Assembly: GCF_018350175.1 (NCBI RefSeq)
Contig: NC_058368.1
Location: 173,292,001-173,356,000, forward strand
Source of the DNA: Felis catus
Lineage: Eukaryota
Direction: 5' to 3'
DNA: 64,000 nt
The translations under genes and the position numbers were made by a program. Below the pieces are notes generated by a model, which was not told the DNA's origin, ran no database searches, and saw only the letters and a list, made by a program, of their open reading frames with translations. Each line of letters starts with the position of its first letter. Within the stretch, counting starts at the first letter, position 1. Below are positions 44,801-55,746 of the stretch, in pieces.

Positions 44801-46141
44801 TCCTGGCCTCTGCCTTTAGGGCTCTTCTGAAGATCTTCCCTTTCTCCTGGACCTCTGATCAGCTTTCTCCTTGCTCTTGGAGAATGGCAGGCTTCAATAA
44901 GGACCTCAGGGCAGAAGACTCCAAAATCCCCACTGCAGGACCTTTGGGCCTGTCTCTGCAGGATGTTTCCTCTTGGCCATCCAGTGTGGCCACTCCAAAT
45001 GGTCAGCTCCCCATGCAAACAGCACTGTCTGGAAAGCTGCTGGCTCTGCCTCTCCTGTTCCTTTTTCTCCTGTCCCTTCAGATGTCATGGGCCACTGTCC
45101 TCCCTAATCACCATCTAACACCCGGCTGCTTACCTGTTCTCCCAGCACTCTGAGCTCAGTCCTGCTTTGGGGCCATTGTACCTGCTGTTCCCTCTGCCCG
45201 GGATGCTGTTCTTACTTGATGCTGTAGCTCACCCTCATTGTCCAGATCTCGGCTCAGGTCACTTACTCAGAGAGGCTTTCCCTGAGCACCCCATCTCAGA
45301 TAGTGCCCCTGGCACTCTTGGATAGGTTCCCTGTTGGACGTGTGTGTTGTCCATCTGCCTGGAACTAGAAGTACAGCTCAAGAAATGGACAGCTTGGCTG
45401 TCTCATTCACCTGGAACAGGGCCTTGAACATTAGAGGCCCTCACTACCTCTTTCTGAGTGAAGGGATGAGTAAGTTTCTACAGGACCTGCTCGGTGCTGG
45501 GCACTGAGCCCTCCGCTGCAGAGAGGGCTTCTGGGGTGTTCACCATCGGGCAGGGGAGGAATGCAGTGGGGCAGTGGGTGTGCCCTGCTGCAGGGACGGG
45601 GACGGGGCGGAGGGGGGGTGGGTGGGATGCACTTGCCTTGGGGGAAAGGTAGGGGCCTGGAGGGGGCAGCGGAGAGGGGTATTCTAGTCCGAGGGAATAG
45701 CAGAAGTAAAGAATCTGAGTCCGGACATATCTGGTGGCAGCGCGGTTGGACACTGAGCATGGGACACTGAGCATGGGAAAGCGGGGTCGGTGGGATCAGA
45801 ATGCTGTAGAGACAGCTCTGCTGTGTGAGGAGGAAGAGAGTGGAGGCTGTCACCACTGCAGAGGGAGCCTGACCTGGAACAGGCCGCTGGAGACGGGGAA
45901 TGAGGAATGAGGAACGGATGTGAAAAGCATCTGGGGGGCAGGGTAAGGAGATGACCGTCCTGACCGGGAGGGAGGCAGCAGGGAGCAGAAGATGACTCTG
46001 TCATTTCCTGCCTGGTTGAGTGGATAGATGGCCAGGCAGCCAGGCATAAATAACTGGAAAAGCCCACTGCTCGCACTTGGGGGAGGGCAAGATCAGTGCC
46101 CTCTGGCAAGCTGAGAGAGCCATCGACCCACCCTGTGGCAG

Positions 46142-46144
<3 letters not shown>

Positions 46145-46185
<41 letters not shown>
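46145..46185. repeat. (TG)20 microsatellite
   Basis: Read directly. Confidence 0.95.
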
Positions 46186-46187
<2 letters not shown>

Positions 46188-47405
46188 CAGCTGTCAAGCT
46201 CTGGGTAGGGGAGGGTTGTGGAGTACAGGGGAGGGTTGTGGGAGGGCAGGTTGGGGAGATGCGGGGCAGGAAGGCACTGAGCCTCAGTCCTGCCGGGGTT
46301 CTCTATCTTTAACTGGAACAATAAGAGGCCAGGCTGGCTTTCAGAAGCTGCAAAATGCTGGTCCACAGGCCTCTAGATGTGTCTCATTGGTTTAAACCAA
46401 CATTTAAAAACTAGGAGGTTTCATGCAAACACTGTGAAGAAGGGAGCTGGGGCCACACCAGGCCCACACCCCCTGAGCCATGATTGGCTACACTCTTCAG
46501 GCATGACACAGTTCACCCACGTCCTCTCTGGCCCCTTCTCTCACTGGCCTGCTAGAACCAGTGGGCACCCACGTTTGGCTCAATCTGGCCTCTGCTCCCA
46601 CCTCTGTGGGTGGAAATAACCCCCTGCTGGACAGGAACAAGAAAAGTCCATGAGAACAGAGTGAGGCTGGGCAGTGGTGCAGACACGGGCCCACATGCCC
46701 CCTGGGATTCCAGGGGAGAGGGACCCCATGTTTGCCCCAACCCCCCACCCAGAGAACCCTGGCACCCCATGGGATCCCAGTCCGTCTCAAGGACATGACA
46801 AAGCCCGAGATGTCTGATATATCTGTTGAGACACTTTCATCAGCGTGGACCTGAGGTTAGTTATGGCTTTTATTTAAAAAGTGCCTTTTACTCCCCCAAA
46901 CACAGCCCCATTTGCTTAACTCTCTCTATCCCTTGTTTCCACGCCTTGCTTCCAGGCCCCTCTCCCTCCCTGTTGCCTCCTGCCTCTGTAAATAATCCTC
47001 TGTGTCTATAATTAGCCCCAAGAAGAATAATTCATAACAAACTTTATTTCTCATGGCATCTTTCTTGCTAACGTGTCGCTGAGCGCCTCACAGGATCAGC
47101 AGGAGGGAAACCAGACTCAGGAAACAGCTGAGCGCCTCCCCATGTGCTCCTCTCCCTGTCTGTCTGCAACCACAGAGCGGGTGGGGTGGGCTGAGACTCC
47201 CCATTGTGTCCTCCCCAGCCTGCCTGAGCAGGAGGGTGGGCCCTGATGCACAGCCAGGGTGGGTCTGGGATGTGAACCACCAACCCAGAGACTCTTCCAA
47301 GGCTAATCATGATCTGAATGGTACTACTACTAATAATGGCAGCTAACACTTACATAGTGTTTACTACACCCCAGGTTCTGCTTTTTAAAAATTGAGGTTG
47401 TCTTT

Positions 47406-47630
47406 GGGGCGCCTGGGCGGCTCAGTCGGTTAGGCGTCCGACTTCAGCTCAGGTCATGATCTCACAGTCTGTGAGTTCGAGCCCCGCGTTGGGCTCTGTG
47501 CTGACAACTCGGGAGCCTGGAGCCTGCTTCGGATCCTGTGTCTCCCTCTCTCTCTGCCCCTCCCCTGCTCACACTCTGTGTCTCTCTCTGTCTCTCAATA
47601 ATAAATGGTAAAAAAATATTTAAAACATCA
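47406..47630 (+). mobile_element. Can-SINE (SINEC_Fc-like)
   Basis: GGGGCGCCTGGGCGGCTCAGTCGGTTAGGCGTCCGACTTCAGCTCAGG; TSD AGGTTGTCTTT at 47395-47405 and 47631-47641. Confidence 0.94.
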
Positions 47631-47641
47631 AGGTTGTCTTT

Positions 47642-48140
47642 TTTGATGTATAAAATGCACCCCCCACCGCCTTTAAATTTATAGTCTGATGAGGTTTAAC
47701 AAATGTATCTATCCACCACCACAATCAAGACAGAGAATAGTTTTGTTTAGCCCCTTTACTATCAATCCCTTCTCCCAACCCAGCAACCACTGATCTGCTT
47801 TCTGTCACTAGAGTTTTGCCTCCTCTAGAATGTCACAGAAATGGAATTAGACAGTATGCAGCCTTTTGTGTCTGGCTTCTTTCACTTAGCACAATGCTTT
47901 TGAGGTTCATCGATGTTGCTGCTTGAATCAGTAGTTGGTTCCTTTTTATTGCTGAGCAGTATTCCATTATATGAATGTACCACAGCTTGTTTATCCATTC
48001 ACCAGTGCTATTTCTAGATTTTGGTGATTACATAGCTGCTGTGAACATTCACATATAGGCCTTTGGTGGACAGGTCTTCATTTCTCTTGGGAGTGGGACT
48101 GCAAGGACATATGGTAAGCACGTATTTAACTGGATTAGAA
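47642..48140 (-). mobile_element. Old L1M (L1MB/ME-like) 3' fragment
   Basis: Typical antisense L1M 3' text: GCAACCACTGATCTGCTTTCTGTCAC...TTTTGTGTCTGGCTTCTTTCACTTAGCA...TTGTTTATCCATTCACC; subfamily from recall. Confidence 0.85.
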
Positions 48141-48149
48141 ATTCTTTGT

Positions 48150-48350
48150 TTTATGTACCATAAACATTCATATATAACATACCACTGAATTCTCTCAACA
48201 ACTTCATAAGTTAGGTACCATCATTATTCCCATTTTATAGGTGACAAGCGGAGGCTCAGAGTGGTGAAGTAACTTTCCCAAGATCACACTGCTAGAAGTG
48301 GCAGAGCCAGCAGTCTGGCTCTGGGGTGTGTGTCCAAAGGCCCCCCGATA
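48150..48350 (-). mobile_element. MIR, interrupted by the L1M/SINE; other part at ~47325-47385
   Basis: ATTATTCCCATTTTATAGGTGA...GAGGCTCAGAGTGGTGAAGTAACTTTCCCAAGATCACAC. Confidence 0.75.
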
Positions 48351-48751
48351 CACTGCTTCCCACAGCATTCCAGCGTTGATCCCTGGGTGAGGCTTGGGAT
48401 AGGGGCTAAACTCTGATCTGAGAGCTGAAGGGCTGAGTCTGAGTCCCAGCTTCATCTATGGCTAGCAGTATGACCTACACAAGTCCCTTAGACTCTGGCA
48501 CATCCCTGTCTGCAAATGGTACCCACAACTGCCTGTATCACTGAGCAGCTCTGTGGCTGGAAGAAAATAAATTGGAGCAGATGTTTGGCACCCCCTCCAA
48601 CTTTAGCTTTGTGACCACTGTCATGCTGTCTGACTTCCTGACCTTACAAGTTTAGTGGAAAAGGAAAGAAGACTCCCACTACCTGCCATGGCGTTCAATG
48701 CACAACCAAATCACGCTGCACGCATTCAATGCCTGGTTATTCATCCGCCTC

Positions 48752-49075
48752 TGCTATAGAATAAATACGTGTGTCCCCCTCTCAAATCCATATGTTGAAA
48801 TCCTAGCCCCCAATGGTATTAGAAGGTCTCATGAATGGGATTAGTGCCCTCATAAACCAGACCCTACAGGGCTCCCTACCCCTTCTGCTGCCATGTGAGG
48901 ACACAGGGAGAGGACAGCCATCTCTGAACCAGGAAGCAGGCCCTCACCAAATACTGAATCTGCCAGTGCCTTTATCTTGGACTTCTCAGCCTCCAGAACT
49001 GAGAAATGGATTTCTGTTTATAAGCCACCCAGTCTGTGGTATTTTTTGTTATAGCAGCCCGAATGGACTGAGACA
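48752..49075 (+). mobile_element. Solo LTR, ERVL-MaLR (MLT1A/B-like)
   Basis: TG...CA ends; ATATGTTGAAATCCTAGCCCCCAATG, CCATGTGAGGACACAG, CTTGGACTTCTCAGCCTCCAGAACTG, TTATAGCAGCCC...GACTGAGACA. Confidence 0.88.
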
Positions 49076-50619
49076 CCTTCTTTCTGGTGGAGGAGTTTTC
49101 CAGTGAGGAAATCCATGCCCAAATACCCAGAAGGAGGGAATCAGAGAGCAGCAACCTTCCCACCTTGGCCACTCAAGGACTGGGGACACCCATGAGGAGG
49201 GCGAGAGTGGAGGAAGCAGGAAGCTGTCACCAACCCTGCCCCCACCTGCTTTTTTGCAAGAAGGCTGTCGATGTGGGGTTGCCTGGGTAGGTCTCCTTGT
49301 CATCTGGTCCCATTTGTCCCAGTGCAGAATGAGATTTCTCCAAAGCTGGCTTAGACATAATATATCCCCTTGTTTAGTGGTTCAGAAGAGGGTCGTCAGG
49401 GAGGTCTGGGGCCAGGTTGGAGAGAAAACTCCCTTTTGGCCTGCCCACCAGCTCCCTCACAGAGAATCCCTATTTGTCCCTCACATGAGCTCCTGGCCAC
49501 CCTGAGGTCTGCTCCAGATCAGAGGCTCCTGGACGAGGTGAGGTCTTCCATTAAACAGAAAGAGATGAAGAGATGTGGTCAGCCCCTTGCTGAACCCAAC
49601 TTGTTATTAAAACAAGAGCTTGAAGGGGAAAGTGTCGGTGTGAGTATTGCCTCATTGAGGGAAGCTGTAAGGCTTGGTGGTGGAAATGAATCATGGCTCT
49701 GGTCCCTCCCCAGGCTCAATGCCCAATCCCTGTCACTGCACTACCTCATATCTGCCTCCTCCCAGCATGGCTGCATCCCTTCCCCCTCCCTCCGACACAC
49801 AGTTCCAGTCTTCTCTCCCTTAGACCAGCAGGTTCCTCCCAAGTCCTTCCTCTCCACCACCCTTGGCCAGTGGCAGACAGGCAGAAAGGTTAACACTTTG
49901 AGGAGAAAGAGGAGGTAGTGAAACCAAGGTAGGAGAAAGAACCCAGGGTGCTGCCTGGATCCTAGCATCTGCTCTCCTGGGACGCCTACTGACTCTCCCC
50001 CAAGTGCCTCCACTTTTGGGTTAGGCCACCTTCTCCATGCACATGTGTTTTCCTGTCACATTTCGACTGGCACTGCCAGGATAGTTTCAGGGGCAAAGAC
50101 TCTACCCACAGACTGAGCCAGTCCAAGCTTTCACTAGGGGTGATGGCAAGGGACAGCCCAGACCATGTGGACATAGCCATCAGGGACAGCCCTGGGCCTG
50201 CCCAGCCAGCCAGTCCTCCTGGCCTGTCTGTGGCTCAGCGATGCTATTATCCCATCCCACTGAGCAAATGTGACAGTGGCCATCCATCACCCAGTTCCAT
50301 CCAGCACACGTGCCCTGGGATGCATGTCCACTCTACTCACTGCCTGCGGATCAAGGAATGGTGGGGAGACAGAAGGGAGAAGTAAGCTGGAAGTGCAGTG
50401 AGGGATCAGAGGAGGCAGACATGACTCCCTGAAGGGTGTTTTGGGAGTGGTGTTAGGAAGGCAGTAGCATTTGAGAAAAGCCTTGAAGGTGGCACAGGTA
50501 TCAGTAGGTGGGACAACAGGGGAGCAGCAGGTGTAAAATCAGAGAAGCAGAAAAGAGCATGCTCAATGACTGGACACCTGCTGACTCCTCCCCAGTCTCC
50601 ATCCTCCCCTGCCCCCAAA

Positions 50620-51105
50620 CCATTTCTTAGGGAGTCCCCTGCTGCTCTGTATTCAGCTGTGTGGTTTAGGTGGAAATGACTCCCCCATCGGCTGCAGGAG
50701 TGGGTCCTGAGTGGCTTAAACCAATTGTATTTCTTTGTATTTCCTGTTCTGGCTTTGGCAATTGGTTTGGGAAAGGTATGGGAGCTAATGAATGAATGAT
50801 GTGGGGGCGATGATGTGGGGGTTGGGCTGCTGCAGTCATTTTATTACCAAGACAAGGATGGTATGGAGTTGTTGGGGGCTGCCCTGAGGAAGCCAAGGAT
50901 GTAGCCAACATCACAGAAGACAGAGCAGAAAAACGGAGAGAGTAGTGGCAGATTGACATGGTTTGAGCCAGTGGATCAAGCCTTGCCCAAAGTCAGCCAT
51001 ACCTTTGGGCTTTTCAGTTACAAGAGTCAATAACATCCATTTACTGCTTAAGTCTGTTTGAGTTCAGTTTTCTGTCATATGGTAACCAAAAGATGTTTAA
51101 CTGAG
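50620..51105 (+). mobile_element. Old MaLR LTR (MLT1J/K-like), boundaries approximate
   Basis: 3' text TGGATCAAGCC...CTTTTCAGTTACAAGAGTCAATAA...GCTTAAG...TTTTCTGTCA...AACCAAAAGA resembles old MLT1 LTR ends. Confidence 0.65.
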
Positions 51106-51727
51106 AATCCAGTTTGGCTGGAATGTAGGAAACATGAGAAGAGAGGCATGAAGACTGGCAAGATGGAGCAGCAACACTTTACCAGGGGCTTGAATGACAG
51201 GTTGGGGAACCGCTATTTATTTCCACAGACACTGGAGGACCATGGAAGGTTTTTCAGCAGAGGCGTGACTGGATCACACTGGCTTCCAGGAATCCTAAAA
51301 TACCATCTGAATTGGGCCTCACCAATCCCTACTCCCTACCTCTTCAGCTCCCTCCCACAAGTTAGGCAGCAGAACCAGCTTTGTAAGAAGCCATAATCTG
51401 TTCACCTTCCATGAGCATGCAGGACCATCTTGCCTGGAGCAGACTCTAGGAACATCAGTGGAAGCCTATGGGGAGTCCACACCTGGAAGGAAGGACATCC
51501 TTCCAGGAGTCCACACCTGGAAGGATGGAGGTTCCACAGGGCAAGTATCTGCTTCCTTCAGTGATGTGCTCCCAGCATCTAAAACAGAGGCTGGCACGTA
51601 GTAGGTAGGTGCTCAGTCAATCTTGGTGAATGGATAAATGAATTCTCTGTAGCTGGTGGGGACCTCCCCGCAGGAGCTAGCAGACTAGGCAGCAGAGTAG
51701 CCCAAAGAGGGGGCAAAGGCACCTCAT

Positions 51728-51748
51728 GGAGCTGCCCGTGGTGCTGAA
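51728..51748 (-). promoter_or_regulatory. RE1/NRSE (REST binding site) 1
   Basis: - strand TTCAGCACCACGGGCAGCTCC, 19/21 match to consensus TTCAGCACCACGGACAGCGCC. Confidence 0.85.
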
Positions 51749-51767
51749 AACGTTTGCCGCGTCTGGG

Positions 51768-51788
51768 ACTGCTATCCGTGGTGCTAAA
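51768..51788 (-). promoter_or_regulatory. RE1/NRSE (REST binding site) 2
   Basis: - strand TTTAGCACCACGGATAGCAGT, 16/21 match, core AGCACCACGGA intact; same orientation, 40 bp from site 1. Confidence 0.65.
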
Positions 51789-54700
51789 ACAGAGCCTACA
51801 CAGCCCTTACGTGGTGAACTGGAAAGGGCTCAAAGCACCTAAGAACCACAGTGGGGAAGCAGACTCCATAACCTTGCTTCCCCTTGCTAATCCCAGTCCC
51901 CGAAGACTTTCTGCATGAGGCAGATAACCTGGCACAGACCCAAGCAGGCCTGTTTTCTGATGGTAACCTTGTCCCCAGCATAGGTATCAGTCCATCCTCA
52001 GGTGCCCAAGCTCTCCATGGTTGTGGGTTCCCAAAGGGCTTCAGCCGGCCTCTGCTGGGGACCCTGGAAGAAGCAGCCAGGCAGAGATGGGCCCTGGGAA
52101 GGCAGCCAGAGAGAGAGAGACTGCATGCCAACAGCATTAACTGGAGGGCCTGGCAGGAGATTCCAGTCCTCATTGGCTCATGGGCACTGCCAAGCAAGGT
52201 GCCTGTGCTAGAAGACAGTACATACAGGGAGGGTGTGGCTGCTCTATGAGGATAGATGAGATGGCAGGGGCAAGATGGTCAAGATTTTGACCTTCACAGA
52301 TCAACACTGTGAAGGCAGAAATTGGAGAGTGGGGATGGGGAACAGCAATGAAGGTGAAGGACTGGGGAGGAAGTAAAGTTTCAGAACACAGGTGACTAGT
52401 GAGTGAGGAGCCATTCTCACCAGTTAGGGACAAAGCAGTCCTAAATACAGACTCTCTCACACACATACAGATACAGGGCTACCGGGTTGTTAGGTCTGGC
52501 CCAGGCATTTGGCTCTGAAGGGACTTCCTCTCTGACATCATGTTCACAGGGTTGAGGCCTCCCAACATCCTAATTTTGCCTAAGAACCACTCTGACTCTT
52601 CCATCCATGAACTTACCTAAACCTTTCTGGAAGCAATTTATATTTTCAGCCTGTATCACCTCCAGGGAAATGATTTTCAATGTTTATTCCCTGCTGAGTG
52701 CAGCAGGATTTCCTGTTATTGGTTTTAAACTTACCTCTCTTGAGCTTTGCTGGGGTCCAGGAGTGGAGATGGGTTTGTTCTGCCAGTCTGGGATTTAGTG
52801 AAGGAGCCCATGTCCCTTCTCTATGCCCTTTCTGATGTTACAGATTTTTACCATATTCCTGCTTAGCTTCTCTCTGTATACTGAAGTTGTCCCAGGCGGG
52901 CCAGTCTGATTTTATATGACAGTTCCCTTCTCATCACAACTCTCTTGATAACAACCATTCATGGTTGTACTCAACTTTATAGCTACCTATACATTGTCAC
53001 CTGTGTGCCGTCTCAGTGTCTTTCACACTCCCTGTGAAGCAGACCCCAGAGATCATTACCTCCACTTCACAGATGTAGAAACTGAGGGTAAAGGATAGGA
53101 AATGAGTTACTCAGATCATGTAAGTCTGGAGTAAAACCCAGGTTCCCCCCACTCTTGGGTGGATGGCTCTCCAAAGAAGGCATGACCACAAGCACACCAG
53201 AATGTTGGATGCAGGTAACCCTCACTCGTGTCAGGAGAAGGGAACATTTATGGCTTCTTTCAAACTCCCTTCCCAACCATGTTCAGCCTTCTATTGCTCT
53301 TCTGGGTCCCTCCTTAGGTAAGAAGCTTCAAGTAAATTCCCTCAGACACCATCCGCATTATTTTCCCCAAACTAAAACTTGCTGGCCATTCTCTGCCCAG
53401 CCCACTGCCTTTCAAGATACGATTTTCCTAAAGCTTATCCCTCACCAGCTTGGCATTTTACTACCACCCAGGAGAGTTTAGATTTAACTGCAAACTTGGT
53501 GATTTCACTGTACACATTCTCTTCCAGATCTTTTATTTAAATGTTAAAAAAAAAAAAAAAGATTAGCTCCAATTCTTGGCTGAGCTCTCATCTTATACTT
53601 CTCTATCCAGAACACTGTTTATTAATTCAGACCTTTTGTTTCCTTTCTTTGTCAGCTCCTTATCAATGATAAAACAGTTGCCTCAAATTCCAGATGAATC
53701 CATTTTTAAGATACATTTACACATGAGACCCACACCCCAGAAAACTTAGGATACAGAGAGTCAGAGGACACACACACACACACACTTTATCAAAGCATCC
53801 GTTTATATTGATGCTGATGCCTCTACACCCATGCTAAGGCACACAAGTGTTTATTCACACACTCACACTTCCTTCCACACTCACTCATACACCTGCATAT
53901 TGAGGAGGGACTTGGCATTGCCCTTTGAGGAGCCCAGTGATTTCATATGTTTGACAGGAGGGAAGGAGATAGAGCCAGGCAGGAAAATGCCAGCACATGA
54001 GAGAAATGGATCAGAGGCTCTGGAGCATCTGGAACTGTTGGGAGGGGATCAGGGAATTTCCTGAAATTTGGACTAGGGTGGTTAGAGAATCCTGGATAAG
54101 GACCTCTCTCAGCCATGGGCAGGGGGCCCAGATAGCTGTGTTGCCACACAGTGGACTGGGCAGGCAGCCTCTATTCATACTTAGAAGAGAGGCAGGTCTG
54201 GCAGGTGATCATGGACCCCCAGGGGTGGGCATCCCTGCTTTCCAAGCATGCAGTGAGGTCACCTTCACCGATGGGCACATATTTTTTTCTCAGTCACACC
54301 AATACCAATGTCCACCTCCAGGTGTACAAAGCCAGCCCCTGGCCAGAGGTCCCATTTCCAGCCTCGTGAGATGTGTGAGAACACTTGTCACCCTACCAAG
54401 ACACCCTGAAGCCACCTCTCTCCCTGACCATGCTCCTTGCAGAGTGCAGAGGCTGTCCACAGTGTCAGGTAGGGGCCTGGAATTTCCAAACGCTTTCATG
54501 AGAAGTAGCTGCCACTTAAACCCCAAAGGGGTGATGACTCCCAGCCTAGAGAATCATATGAGCACCAACCATGGCCCAGAGCACACTTATCACCTTCCCG
54601 CATCCTATTTTGCCTTGGGGCTACCACACTGGCATGTTTTCTCTGGCCACCTGGAACAGGGTGGGGCCAGCTCACTGGTCACTCTGGTCTAGCTACAGGG

Positions 54701-55675
54701 AACGGAGCACGCTGAGGCTGGTCTCCGCAGGATCCCTCACAGTGCACATGTGGCCCCTCAGAGAACTGGGAAGGACAGGGGAGGGACAAACCAAATTATA
54801 ACCAGGGACACCATCTCCCAGCACCTGGGGACAGCTTTCCCTTAGGAGGATGGGATGTGGGGGTCTCAGACTCCTGCAGGGGTGCAGGCAGAAGGTGAAA
54901 GGGACGGGGAAGGTACTTACACCACTGGATAGATAAGTCTCTGAGTCACTGGGCCCTGCTCTCTACTGCATCTGTCCTGCTGCTTGGGAGTTCTGAAATC
55001 AGATTCCTCTTGCTCTCTTTTTCGTCCTCTCCTGACATTTTTCTTTCCCTCAGGGTCCTCAGAGGAGAAGGCTCCATAGAAAGATCTTTAAATGAATGGC
55101 CCCTCCCGGGCCCTGGGGAATATATTAGAGTTCTGAAGTGATAGCCAAAATGGTGGAAGTAATCCAGGGAAGACAGGGAGACATATCGGGCAGGCTGGAC
55201 CGCTAATGCCAGCCATGCATCTCGGTGGGCTGGGGAGCCGAGAGCCACTTCTCAGAGGCAGACAGGCCAGGGACCGAGAGGAGGAGAAAGGAGGGGGGAA
55301 CCCCATCTCAGCTCCTTCTTTGTTCTCCTCTGCACTCTCGACAGCATGCAATTATTTCATTTCTTCATTTGCTCACTGGCTCGTTGCCCATCTCCTCCAC
55401 TAGAACATCAGCTCCAGGAGTGTGCCATCATACTTCCCGGCACCCGCAGTGTCCAGCTCAGAGCCTGGTACAGAAATGGTGTTCAGCAAACATTTGTGGA
55501 GGACATGAGTTAAGGACTGTACGAATGAGTGGGGGAGTGAATAAATTAATAAGTGAAGCCATCCAGGCAGACTCCCAGCCTGCACCCAAGCCTGTCCAGA
55601 GACATGACCAGTCTCATGAGGTTGCTCAGAGAAGCCCCACCTCAGTCCCTGGCAGTGGCCTAAAGATTCTCTTCC

Positions 55676-55746
55676 TTGGGATGAGCACTGGGTGTTGTAT
55701 GGAAACCAATTTGACAATAAACTTCATATATTGAAAAAAAAAAAAA
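55676..55746 (+). mobile_element. Very short 3' tip of a young felid-type L1 with poly(A)
   Basis: TTGGGATGAGCACTGGGTGTTGTATGGAAACCAATTTGACAATAAA plus A tail; TSD AAAGATT(C/T)TCTTCC at 55662-55675 and 55747-55760. Confidence 0.88.
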
